From NCBI GenBank assembly GCA_965372715.1, contig CBDVDH010000033.1:1-41739 (forward strand): DNA of 41,739 nt, in the 5' to 3' direction. Shown piece by piece: positions 27,887 through 37,300 of the stretch. This DNA comes from an uncultured bacterium (lineage in GTDB: Bacteria > B130-G9). The notes under the pieces were generated by a model that had not been told where the DNA came from, did not search any database, and saw nothing but the letters and a program-made list of their open reading frames with translations. The translations under genes were made by a program, and so were the position numbers. The number at the start of each line of letters is the position of its first letter. The first letter of the stretch is position 1.

Positions 27887-28555
27887 ATGCCGGCCGAGGT
27901 TGAGCTATCTAGAAACCTGTTTTACATAGTGATCACTGGCCAGTTCAATCCGGCCATTCTCAATCATCAGTTCCTCGTGGAAAAGGCCAAGGCAATACCC
28001 CCAGGCTGGGATGAACCTGAGGTTGTTATCCTGCCAGTCATGGCCGCCTTGGATTACAAGAAGAAAGGCCTGAAGGTCCTAGTCGAGCTAACCTCGTTTG
28101 TCGTGTCGCATGAATTGATACGCGCTGACGTTCCCAGAGTGCTCCGCGTGGCTAGATCTTACATGAAAAGACTAGATGATACACCTGTGTCCAGGATATC
28201 ACTGCATTCACGGGGACAGGTGTGTTTTCCAACACCTGAGAACGTTGCCGATTTCGAAGGTTGGATACTCAGGGACAAGAGGGCATTGGTTTCCTGCCTC
28301 GATACAGATACTCTTGACGTGTCTGTCAAACTCTCCTATGGTCTTCGCGATTTTAGCGCGACGATGAACTTGGGGCCATTAGATAGCCAACAGAACCATG
28401 TAGAATACTGGCTGCATTACGATAAGGAAGTTTGTGACGCACGAGAGATCATCAGAGTAATGTCAGATAAGAATCAAATCACGGAGCTTCTCGTCACCGG
28501 CGACAGGAAGTTAAAGAACCTGTCGATGGGAGGACCAACGTTTGCCTACCACTAG
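27887..28555 (+). CDS. Hypothetical protein resembling TIGR04255-like proteins
   Basis: 222 aa with purine-rich RBS; IVITGQFNPAIL N-terminal motif; family call from memory only. Confidence 0.55.
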   Translation: MPAEVELSRNLFYIVITGQFNPAILNHQFLVEKAKAIPPGWDEPEVVILPVMAALDYKKKGLKVLVELTSFVVSHELIRADVPRVLRVARSYMKRLDDTPVSRISLHSRGQVCFPTPENVADFEGWILRDKRALVSCLDTDTLDVSVKLSYGLRDFSATMNLGPLDSQQNHVEYWLHYDKEVCDAREIIRVMSDKNQITELLVTGDRKLKNLSMGGPTFAYH

Positions 28556-29105
28556 CGATGTGGCTGACTTAAAAAGAACAGAGGGGTTTATCCTCTCCAG
28601 CACCGTTCGAGATCGCTTGGAATCCACGATCGCGGCACTGACGTATGCAGCGCACCTGGGTCGCGCATTTCCGCAGCGAGGGATCGCGGTTGCCCTGAGT
28701 GGCATGCTTATTCACGCTGCGCAGAGATTCTCTCCTGTGGATACGTGGCTGCCGGGAGCGCTCGTCGGAAACGGTAAGGCGGCGGCACTGACTACATGGG
28801 GTTCTCACTCTCTTCCAGAATGGGTTGCCATTGCTGACGAAGAGGCTGAGGAGGATCGGCGTCGCCAGACTCAGGAGAAGAACTTCAATGCGTTCCTTGG
28901 GCTGCTTCCGCGACTTCTAGAAGACCATGCAGGAGAATACGCCCTTATCGTTCATGCGGAACTCCGGAAGGTGGATGGAGATTTGGAGGCTTTGATTCAC
29001 CATGCCTACTCGAAGTTCCCCGGCGCCATAGCTTTGATCCAACCTATACAGAAGGAACTTCCTAAGTCCTACGTTGGTGGCCCGCGGTCAGGTTCCGGTC
29101 GGTGA
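28542..29105 (+). CDS. Hypothetical protein with DUF5678-like C-terminal domain
   Basis: TTG with GGAGG at 28529-28533, overlapping the upstream gene; NFNAF...LL..HAGEYALI...AYSKFP. Confidence 0.6.
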   Translation: MPTTSDVADLKRTEGFILSSTVRDRLESTIAALTYAAHLGRAFPQRGIAVALSGMLIHAAQRFSPVDTWLPGALVGNGKAAALTTWGSHSLPEWVAIADEEAEEDRRRQTQEKNFNAFLGLLPRLLEDHAGEYALIVHAELRKVDGDLEALIHHAYSKFPGAIALIQPIQKELPKSYVGGPRSGSGR

Positions 29106-29112
29106 TCAATGA

Positions 29113-29520
29113 ATGGCACACGGTTGCGACTACGAAGGCAGCGAGATGGGGCTCCGGCCTTATCCAGTGGCGGTGGCAACGGTAAAGACCCCAGATCCCC
29201 AGGACCCGCGGCGAACGCGTGCGGACATCAAGTGCCTTGTGGACAGTGGAGCGGACAGGAGCGCGATGCCGGCACGGTTTCTCAGGCGACTGGGAGTGAC
29301 CAGCGGTTGGGAGGAGGATATCAAGGACTTCTCCGGGGAAACTAAGAGAATAGAAGCCTCCCACGTCCGGATAAGTCTGTGCGGCCGGAAGTGCGGATTG
29401 GTGGCCGTTGTCCGATTGAAAAACGGGTCCCTCGGGATTCTTGGAAGGGATGTCCTCAACCACTTCAAAGTCGTGCTAGACCCTCAGAAGTCGCCTAAAG
29501 GGCGCTGCGAGATCGAATAG
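29113..29520 (+). CDS. Clan AA (retropepsin-like) aspartic protease
   Basis: CLVDSGADRS catalytic motif and ILGRDVL; single 135 aa domain. Confidence 0.88.
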   Translation: MAHGCDYEGSEMGLRPYPVAVATVKTPDPQDPRRTRADIKCLVDSGADRSAMPARFLRRLGVTSGWEEDIKDFSGETKRIEASHVRISLCGRKCGLVAVVRLKNGSLGILGRDVLNHFKVVLDPQKSPKGRCEIE

Positions 29521-29572
29521 CGCAAGACGCATAGCCCGGGGCATGGTCTCGTGCACGTAACGGCCTCTTGTC

Positions 29573-30766
29573 CTACGGCTTTAAGTTGTCTGCCGGTGGC
29601 GCCTCCTCGATGGGGGTCCAATTCAGGATCGCATCGCGTGCCTTTTGAAGCTGGAGGTCGTCGTCCGCATCCCCTTTCGACGGGGCGGTGATGTCGGGCT
29701 CGAGGCCCAGGTTGTGCACTTTCTGACCGAAGGGGCCCAAATACTCCGACGTTGAGAGAATCACCCTCGTACCGTCTGTAGTGGCGATGCAGTCCGTGCC
29801 GAGGGCAAATCCGAATGTTTTTTCCCCCACGAGCCTTGCGATCCTATGCCCGCGCAAGCAAGCGGCAAGTACTTCCGCCTCGCCGACGGTGCGCTCGTTG
29901 ACAATAACGACGACAGGAACGACCTCGCGCATAGCGACAACGCTGCTATCTCTCGCGACCTTTTTCATGTTCGCCGCGCGGCGAATCGATTGGACGAAGA
30001 TGGGTCCTGACCTCACAAAGCGGCTGCAAATGTCCTTGACCTCTTCAATCGAGCCGCCGATGTTGTCTCTGACATCTATTATGATCCCCTTTAATCGAGA
30101 GGCTCCGATTAAAGATAGAGCCTCCTTGAACGTCTTGAACACGCCATCGGCGAACCTGCGAACCCTGAAGTGGAGGATACCGTCCTCGCCCACGGCATAA
30201 TCCGCCGGAAAAGAGGCGTAAATCTGGCGGTGGAGCTTTGCATGTTTCATCTTGAAGTCATTGGGGCCATAGACCGTCAACGTAACCTCGCTCTGTGGGT
30301 CGCCTTGCAGATTCCGCCGAAGCTCATCTAGCGTCAAGCCTCGAACTGAATGGCCATCAATCGCCGCTATCCTGTCGCCAGGCGCTATCTGAGAGCCAGC
30401 TGACGGTGAGTCGCTCTCACAAGAGATCACAATAAAAGCCCCGCCCTTCAACATGATGTTCAAGCCCAGGTCCGCCTGCGGTTGACGCCCCTCGTCGGCA
30501 AATACTACCGTTGAGCGAGCATCGAGGCTCGAGACGAGTCGCTTGGTCCCGTGTCTGAGCAGCTTGCCCATATCCACCTCATCAACGTAGAACTCGTCTA
30601 TCGTCCGAAGTGTCCGGACAAGCGTTGAGAGATAGGGGAAACAGGCCTCGAGCTCGCTTATCTTCGCCGCGCGGCGAACTCGCTCAGCTTGAGAAAGGCA
30701 AAATGTGAGGACCCCCAGTCCCGCAACAACGGCGATTGCCCACCGGACGAAGGGCTTGACACGCAT
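29573..30766 (-). CDS. S41/CtpA-like PDZ protein, probably catalytically degenerate
   Basis: ATG 30766 after AGGAGG; PDZ (GDRIAAIDG), IIDVRDNIGG, LVGEKTFG, GLEPDI. Confidence 0.85.
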   Translation of the reverse strand: MRVKPFVRWAIAVVAGLGVLTFCLSQAERVRRAAKISELEACFPYLSTLVRTLRTIDEFYVDEVDMGKLLRHGTKRLVSSLDARSTVVFADEGRQPQADLGLNIMLKGGAFIVISCESDSPSAGSQIAPGDRIAAIDGHSVRGLTLDELRRNLQGDPQSEVTLTVYGPNDFKMKHAKLHRQIYASFPADYAVGEDGILHFRVRRFADGVFKTFKEALSLIGASRLKGIIIDVRDNIGGSIEEVKDICSRFVRSGPIFVQSIRRAANMKKVARDSSVVAMREVVPVVVIVNERTVGEAEVLAACLRGHRIARLVGEKTFGFALGTDCIATTDGTRVILSTSEYLGPFGQKVHNLGLEPDITAPSKGDADDDLQLQKARDAILNWTPIEEAPPADNLKP

Positions 30767-30920
30767 CACTGCCCTCCTTTCGTTGCCTGTGAGAGTCCTG
30801 CTTGAAAACATGCGATAATCAGTCACGGACACGACCTGACAGTTTGGCGACTCTTCGCCTTTCGGCGGATCGGCAGCGTTGCGCTTCAGCCGAGAGGTCA
30901 GTCCGCCGGAAGCCGTCCGG

Positions 30921-31670
30921 CTAGAAGTATATCTTGAGCCCTGCCGTTGCGCTGATTCCCCCCAGATCGAGATCGTCAGGCATGTCCCTAAGCTCGGTCG
31001 TCTTGTAAGTGTTCCTCTTGAGCCGTTCAGACTCGCTTATCGAGTAATACTCTTCAGACATTGATGTATAGCCAAGCCCAAAATCGGCCTTGCCCCAACG
31101 ATACCGGAAATCCATCACCAGGGCCAAATCTGCCCTGTCCTCAAATAGCTTGGCAAGGAAGAGCTCCGCCCCAATCCCACCGTTGAATCCCCAGGTCGTG
31201 TCGTTCATCTTTGGAAGCTCATCGACGCGAGCCGAGAAATAGGTGCCGCCAAGCGAAATGTAAGGGTTGATCTTCTTATCGTTTAGAAAGGAAAACCCCA
31301 CGTTGAGGTCAACCGGTATTATCTTTGTGATGACGTTCTCGTAGTCGGCCTCAACCTCACTCGAACTCTGACCGGCCGGGTATTTGACGCCGTCAATGAT
31401 CCGACAGTAGTAGCTTTCCCTATATTCGGTCTTGGTGAATTCCGGGATGCGATCGTAGAACATCGAGGCCTTGATCTCACCGAAGAGCCAGGGCAGGAAA
31501 TGATACGTAAATGTGCCGCCATACATGAAATCGTCGTGCAATTCTCCGAGCTCCGGCAGGTAGATGCCGCCCTCCAAACTGATCCCAAACTTGCCCGACG
31601 TATCCTCCGAAAACGCAAAACTAGCGAGCAGCACGCTCAATAGCAACCCCAATATAAAAGCACTTCTCAT
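30921..31670 (-). CDS. Outer-membrane beta-barrel protein (OmpW/OmpA-like)
   Basis: ATG 31670 after GGAGG; signal peptide ending AFS; PYISLGG, GFNGGIGAE; C-terminal GLKIYF beta-signal. Confidence 0.85.
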   Translation of the reverse strand: MRSAFILGLLLSVLLASFAFSEDTSGKFGISLEGGIYLPELGELHDDFMYGGTFTYHFLPWLFGEIKASMFYDRIPEFTKTEYRESYYCRIIDGVKYPAGQSSSEVEADYENVITKIIPVDLNVGFSFLNDKKINPYISLGGTYFSARVDELPKMNDTTWGFNGGIGAELFLAKLFEDRADLALVMDFRYRWGKADFGLGYTSMSEEYYSISESERLKRNTYKTTELRDMPDDLDLGGISATAGLKIYF

Positions 31671-31745
31671 CCTTGTTACCTCCGGTGAAATCGAAGATTG
31701 ATTGCATCCATGGAGGGCCATAGCCCTCTTGTAATTAGTCCTGTC

Positions 31746-31774
31746 TTTATAATAAGGCACGTATGGGATGTCAA
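31746..31774 (-). promoter_or_regulatory. Sigma70 promoter for the beta-barrel gene
   Basis: Minus strand TTGACA-17 nt-TATAAA. Confidence 0.65.
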
Positions 31775-31820
31775 GCACTCTCTTTAAGTCCAAAGCCCAG
31801 GGTGCAAAGCCGGGTCTTTG

Positions 31821-31850
31821 CGGAGGTTCGCCGACCGGCGAATCCGAAGT
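31821..31850 (-). repeat. Hairpin, possibly a degenerate family B repeat
   Basis: Minus strand ACTTCGGATTCGCC-GGTC-GGCGAACCTCCG shares the TTCGCC/GGCGAA stem. Confidence 0.35.
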
Positions 31851-31896
31851 TGAGGGGTGGCTGTCCCAAGTCCGGGCTTCTTCTGATCGCTGACTC

Positions 31897-34041
31897 TCAA
31901 AGCATAGAGGCGGGATCGACATCGACCGTCACGCGGATGTCAGAAGGCCCCATTTTGGCTCTTTGACCTCCGCTCACGCCATGGCGGACAAGCTTGAGGG
32001 CTTTGAGCCTTTCCAAGAGGAAACTGTGCAGCCGCGTGGAGCTATAGGAGCGCACAAAGGCCTGGAACCGATACCTGTCCTTGAGCTTCGCTATCGGCGC
32101 CTCGGCCGGCCCGAGTATGTGGATGTTATCGGACTGACCTGCCCGCAGGACCTCCCCTACACATTCAGCGGCCCTTGAAGTCCTCTTGTAATCCTTGCCG
32201 GACACCAAGAGGGACGCCAACCTCGTCAATGGCGGCAAACCCAATCTCGTCCGGAACTTCATCTCCTGCTCAAAGAACGATGTATAATCCTGCGCCGCGG
32301 CCGCCTTGATGGCGTAATGCTCGGGCGAATACGTCTGGAGAAGGACGGTTCCCCGCTTGGCGTGGCAGACCTCGTTCGCCGCTTTGCAGCTACGTCGGCT
32401 GAACCTGCCTGGCCGACCGCTGACCTGTGTCAGAAGCTGAAAAGTCCGCTCCGCAGCTCGAAAATCAGGCAGGTTGAGAATTGTGTCAGCGAGCACGACA
32501 ACTACCAGCGTCAGGTGCGGGAAATTGTGCCCTTTGGCGACGATCTGGGTGCCGACAATGATGTCAACCTCGCCTCTCGTAACGGCCGACAAGGCCCTCT
32601 CATATTTGCGCCTCGTCGAGATGGCGTCGCTGTCCATTCTCAGGATGCGTGCGTCGGGAAAAAGCCGAGCCGCCTCCTCTTGAACCTTCTCTGTTCCGAA
32701 ACCGATGAACTTGATCTGGTCCGAACGACATGCGTCGCACTGGGTCGGCACGGGTCGTCTTGTCCCACACAAATGGCAGACTAATGAGCTTCTAGCACTG
32801 TGGTATGTGAGCGTAATGTCGCAATGGTCGCACCGAAAGACGTGGCCGCACTTGCTGCAAATCAAGAACGGTGAAAACCCCCTTCGATTCATGAAGAGAA
32901 GCGCCTGCTCGCCGGCCGCAAGGGTTCTCCCCACGGCGTCAGAGGCCTCGTCGGCAAGGATCGACGAGCTCTTTTGCGCTTCCTGTCGCATATCGATCAC
33001 TTTCACGTCAGCCAATGGCCGTGAATCGACCCTTTGGCTCAGGAAGATGTATTGGTATTTCCCCCTGACAGAATTGTGAAACGTCTCAAGCGACGGGGTC
33101 GCGCCGCACAAGACCACGGGACACTTGAAGATTGAGCCTGAGACCACAGCAACGTCTCTTGCGTTGAAATGAGGCGCGCGCTCCTGCTTGTAGGTCGCCT
33201 CGTGCTCCTCATCGACGACGATGAGGCCCAGACGCGCAAGTGGTGCAAATACCGCCGAGCGGACGCCGATCATCACGTCAACCTCCCCGCGATAGGCCCG
33301 CTCCCACTGGTCCCGACGCTGCGCTGGCGTGAGTTTGCTGTGAAATATCCCTGCCCTGTCGCCGAATCTGCGAGCGAAAAGCGAAAGCAGCGCTGGCGTG
33401 AGGGATATCTCCGGGACCAGAATCAGCGCTTTCTTGCCTTTTTTCAGCACGTGTTCGGTCGCGCGAAGGAAAACCTCCGTCTTGCCGCTGCCCGTCACGC
33501 CGTGAAGCAGAATCGGTTTCGTATCCTTTGCGTCCGCCGCGGCGATTATCCTCGAAAGCGCATCGCGCTGCTCACTAGTGAGCTCGAGGTTCTCTGTCGC
33601 TTCGTCACTGTCGGTCCACAGGTCGGCCGGCAGCGAGGATATGATATCAATCGGCCGTCTCCCCCGCCTGCTGGTTCGCTCGACTCCGCCCGTGCTGATT
33701 TGCCCCTTAACTTCGCCAAGACCGTGTGGGACCGCCGCCTCAACTACCGTGCCAAGAGGCGCGAGATAATAGGACGCAACCCACTCAATGAGCTTCAGCA
33801 TTCTGCGCGACAGGACGGGCAAACTATCGACGACCGATATCAACTCCTTGACAGATGAGAGGCTGCAACTTGGGATGAGGCGTATGACGACGCCGATGCG
33901 CTGTCGGGTCCTCAGCTCGACTATCACTCGTTTGCCGACGGCTACGTCCCGGCTGAGATGCTGCGGAACGGCGTAAGTGAAGCACTTTTCTGCGCCGATG
34001 CCCAGGGAGACCTCGGCGAACTGTTTGTATGGATGATTCAT
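31897..34041 (-). CDS. priA: Primosomal protein N' (start uncertain: 34041, 34104 or 34110)
   Basis: GVTGSGKTEVF, LVPEISLT, DEEH, four CxxC motifs, PDFRAAER, C-terminal VDVDP. Confidence 0.96.
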   Translation of the reverse strand: MNHPYKQFAEVSLGIGAEKCFTYAVPQHLSRDVAVGKRVIVELRTRQRIGVVIRLIPSCSLSSVKELISVVDSLPVLSRRMLKLIEWVASYYLAPLGTVVEAAVPHGLGEVKGQISTGGVERTSRRGRRPIDIISSLPADLWTDSDEATENLELTSEQRDALSRIIAAADAKDTKPILLHGVTGSGKTEVFLRATEHVLKKGKKALILVPEISLTPALLSLFARRFGDRAGIFHSKLTPAQRRDQWERAYRGEVDVMIGVRSAVFAPLARLGLIVVDEEHEATYKQERAPHFNARDVAVVSGSIFKCPVVLCGATPSLETFHNSVRGKYQYIFLSQRVDSRPLADVKVIDMRQEAQKSSSILADEASDAVGRTLAAGEQALLFMNRRGFSPFLICSKCGHVFRCDHCDITLTYHSARSSLVCHLCGTRRPVPTQCDACRSDQIKFIGFGTEKVQEEAARLFPDARILRMDSDAISTRRKYERALSAVTRGEVDIIVGTQIVAKGHNFPHLTLVVVVLADTILNLPDFRAAERTFQLLTQVSGRPGRFSRRSCKAANEVCHAKRGTVLLQTYSPEHYAIKAAAAQDYTSFFEQEMKFRTRLGLPPLTRLASLLVSGKDYKRTSRAAECVGEVLRAGQSDNIHILGPAEAPIAKLKDRYRFQAFVRSYSSTRLHSFLLERLKALKLVRHGVSGGQRAKMGPSDIRVTVDVDPASML
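31965..31992 (-). repeat. Family C repeat in frame in the priA C-terminal domain
   Basis: Minus strand CTTGTCCGCCATGGCGTGAGCGGAGGT; 24/27 identical to 9016-9042. Confidence 0.75.
32365..32403 (+). repeat. Family B repeat (39 bp) in frame in priA
   Basis: GCAGACCTCGTTCGCCGCTTTGCAGCTACGTCGGCTGAA; encodes FSRRSCKAANEVC on the minus strand. Confidence 0.88.
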
Positions 34042-34114
34042 TTGAGCCGATGAGTTTGATTGAGGCTTGCACATAAGTCCGTTAGTTTCGGTCCCGTTGT
34101 TCATTTGCACAGCA

Positions 34115-34143
34115 AGAATACATCACATTGAATTGGCTGTCAA
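34115..34143 (-). promoter_or_regulatory. Probable sigma70 promoter for priA
   Basis: Minus strand TTGACA-17 nt-TATTCT. Confidence 0.6.
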
Positions 34144-34190
34144 GACCAACGGGGCCGTGTTCATTTGCGACAAGATCGTCGGAATTAGCC

Positions 34191-34301
34191 TGCAGGGGCG
34201 GTGTCTTAGACCCGCCCGCCTATGTGAATACAATCAAATACACTACCCTGGATAAGGCAAATCAATTAGAACGGGCGTGGTCTTAAGACCTCGCCCCTAC
34301 A
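34191..34301. repeat. Inverted pair of GTAG-type REP hairpins (REPIN-like)
   Basis: TGCAGGGGCGGTGTCTTAGACCCGCCCG (+) and TGTAGGGGCGAGGTCTTAAGACCACGCCCGT (-) around an AT-rich spacer. Confidence 0.75.
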
Positions 34302-34326
34302 CACCGGCAACGAGGAGGGAGTAGGT

Positions 34327-34368
34327 AAAAAGAAGGAAGGCTGGCCCCGGGGGAGAGGACCAGCCTTC
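34327..34368 (-). terminator. Intrinsic terminator of the adhesin gene
   Basis: Minus strand GAAGGCTGGTCC...GGGCCAGCCTTC followed by CTTCTTTTT. Confidence 0.7.
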
Positions 34369-34394
34369 GTGTCTAAGATAAGGAGAAAACCTCC

Positions 34395-37300
34395 CTATGG
34401 GGTTAAAATCATGTCGTCCATGTTCATTTCGAGGCCCGTAGCTGTGTCGTGGCTTGAGTCCAGGCCGCGCCAGGCCGACGGAGGTAGGACCGTTGCCCGC
34501 CTTGTCAGAACCAATGAGGTCACCTCGTAGCTCACGATGCTGCCGTTCTCGCTGTCTGTGATCATGCAGGTGATTAGGTATTCACCCGATGCGTCACGCC
34601 TGGAGAACGTGTAGTTTAGAAGGTCAGCAACTACCGACACTCCGCCGTCGAGGAACGCTGAATCGACCGCTAGCAGCTCGAAGCTGCGACCGCTGGGCAG
34701 TGTGACCCAAATCCGCGCATCAATCACAACGGTTTCACCGCGGTTTGAGGCGCCAATCGCTACGACCAACTCATCGCCGGGTATGAACCGTGACTTGTTG
34801 GTGGAGACATCGACGGAAATTGCCCAATTGCCCTCAAACGGCGTTGCGGCAACCAGCTCAGAACGCTGCTCAACACCAAAGTAATCAACCGCAACGAGGC
34901 AATAGTAGTAGGTTACGCCGTTGATAACGCTCTCGTCGGTGTAGCTGTAGAACTGAGGCTCAACCGTCGTCCCGGCGCCCTCAATCAGCCCGCGATTCAA
35001 TCTAGCGAAACGACCGTTCAGGTCCGTGCTGCGCACCAAGTAGAAGCCGAGGTTCTCCATCTCGGAAACCGTCTGCCAGGTCAGGACAACTCTGCCGTCC
35101 CCAGCGGAGGCCTTGAACCAGGAAAGCTCTACTGCCAGCGAAACCGCATTGGTCGTGTTCGACAGACCCGAAACGTTGCCGCGATCGTCCGTGCTCGTCA
35201 TCGCAAACCAGTATTCCACGCTCTCCTCGGGCATCTCGAACTCGTAGATCTCGAGCGTGCCCGGAGTCGCGGGAATAATCTCGCTCGTGTCGAGCGGCGT
35301 CGCCGCATCGAAGTCATCCATCGTGTTGATCGGGCCAGTGTCGCTGTAACGGATGTCGTAGCTCACGCAAGGCCCTGAAGTCGCATCCGTCGCGTCGTCC
35401 GCGGGCGCCGTCCAACTCAGTACAACGCCGGCTGTCGCAACTGCGCCAGTCTGCGCCTCAAGCGTGCTGATCGTCCCAGGTGGGATAAGATCGTCGTATC
35501 CGATGCCAAACAGCGACACCTCAACGTTCGGCGTCTCGGGATCGTCAGTCGAGACCGTTACGATGCCAGTAATCGTCCCAATTGTGCTCGGTGTGAACTC
35601 AACCGTTACCTCTACCGGCGAGATTGTGGCAATAGTCACCGGGAGCTCCGTGTCAACTGTAACCACGTAATCGGCTGTGTCAGACGTTATGCCAGTGAGA
35701 TTGAGCGCCACCAACTGGCTCGTGTTGGAAATCGTGAACGTCAACTGCGCTGCGTCGCCAACGAAGAGCATTCCGAAATCAAGCGAAGTCGGCTCGACAA
35801 CCACATTCGGTGCGGCCTGGGCGGTGCCGGTCAAAGTAATCTCATAGGTCGGTTCGACAGGATCGTTGCTCAAAATGGTCAGAACGCCGGTCGTAGCACC
35901 GATCTCAACCGGGTGGAAGGACACGTCAACGAACAGAACGTAGCCTGGCTCAATCGTCCACTGCGTTCCTATGCCGGCGCCCGTGGTGCCAAGCGTGCCG
36001 AGGGTCGCGAAGTCGAGCGAGAAGCTCTCAGCGTTCTCTGTGATATCGATATTCGTTATCTCAAGATTGGCCTCGCCCATGTTGGCGATCTCGAGCGTCC
36101 CTGTTGTAACTTCGCCTACGCGAAGCGTGCCAAAGTTCACAACCGCCTCGAGATTCGGGAACTGCATGAACGGCGCCTCGAGGCCAACGCCCGAAACGTC
36201 GATGTCCCACACGGGGGTGTCGGGATCGTCGCTATAGACCGTGATCACGCCCGAAATCGTCCCTATCGTGCTTGGGCAGAAGCGAATCGTGAACGACTTG
36301 GTCTCGCCGGTCGCGATCGTCGCGTTCGTTACGCCGACAATCGTGAAGTCAGTCGCGTTCGATGTGATGTTCGTCACGCTCAAGAGAACGGCCGTGGCGT
36401 CCGTTGCGATGTTTGTTACATCGAGCGAATAGTCGCTAATGCCGCGCTTCGGCGTGTCGGGGAATTGATACTCAGTGATCGTGTCGATGTCCGGCGCAAC
36501 GCCAAATCCGGCCAAGTCGAACACTACGTTGGCGCCGAAGTCCGGATTGGCACTAGAGAGCACCAGCGTTCCGGTCGTCGCGCCAAGCTCCGTCGGATGG
36601 AACGTCACCGTAACTGTTGCCAGGCTCCCGATTCCGAGGGTCCCTGTCGTCGGCAGAACCGTGAACGGAAGCGCCGTCGCGAAGTCATACCCGAAATCTG
36701 CGGTCGCGCTCGTCGCGTTCTTCATCACAAATATCCACTCGACGGTGTTGCACAGGCGAACCGCGCCGAAGTCATGGCCGTCAACCGCAGCCGCCGGGTC
36801 GAACGATATATCCGCCTCGACCGCGGTTCCTGACAAGTTCACGACGAAGTCGCCGTCAGGGTCGTTGCTCACGAACGTTACTGTGCCCTCATAGTCGGTC
36901 TGCGCTTGGGGACAGAACGCGATCACCATCCCAATCGTTGCACCCGAACCGATTGTGGCTGGAGTCGAGAGAGTAAACTCGAATACAACGGGATCGCTGC
37001 TTATAACATCTGTAATCTCCAGGTCGCCATGGCCGTCGTTGCCTATGACGAAGTCGCCGGGCAGACATGCGCCAACGACCCCGTAGCCGAAGTCAAGAGT
37101 GTCCGGCGTCACAGCAATATCGGGCGGGACCCCGGTCCCCGTAACGTTCACGACGAAATCGCCGTCTGGATCGTTGCTCACGAACGTTACTGTGCCCGCA
37201 TAGTCCATTGCTGCCGGGGGGTAAAATGCTATGACGACCCCAATCGTGGCGCCTAAGTCGATTGTGGCGGGAGTCGAGAAAACGACCTCGAATACCGAAG

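Noticed and set aside
30780-30920. Glycine-riboswitch-like words upstream of the S41-like gene (CGCCGAAAGGCG, AAACTGTCAGG on the minus strand)
   Set aside because: The GGAGA 5' motif and P1 pairing were not found and the downstream gene is unrelated to glycine; more likely hairpins or a degenerate repeat (TTCAGCCGA at 30885). An Rfam scan would settle it
31671-31922. N-terminal extension of the 333 aa ORF (start 31922)
   Set aside because: It contains a promoter and hairpin; the signal peptide and RBS indicate a start at 31670
4044-32403. CRISPR interpretation of the recurring ~40 bp palindromes
   Set aside because: Copies are kilobases apart, in both orientations, with no repeat-spacer periodicity and no cas genes
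33941-33958. GCTACGTCCCGGCTGAGA in 5' priA resembling the repeat right arm
   Set aside because: Needs a 2 nt gap, has no left arm, and the protein shows no obvious insertion there
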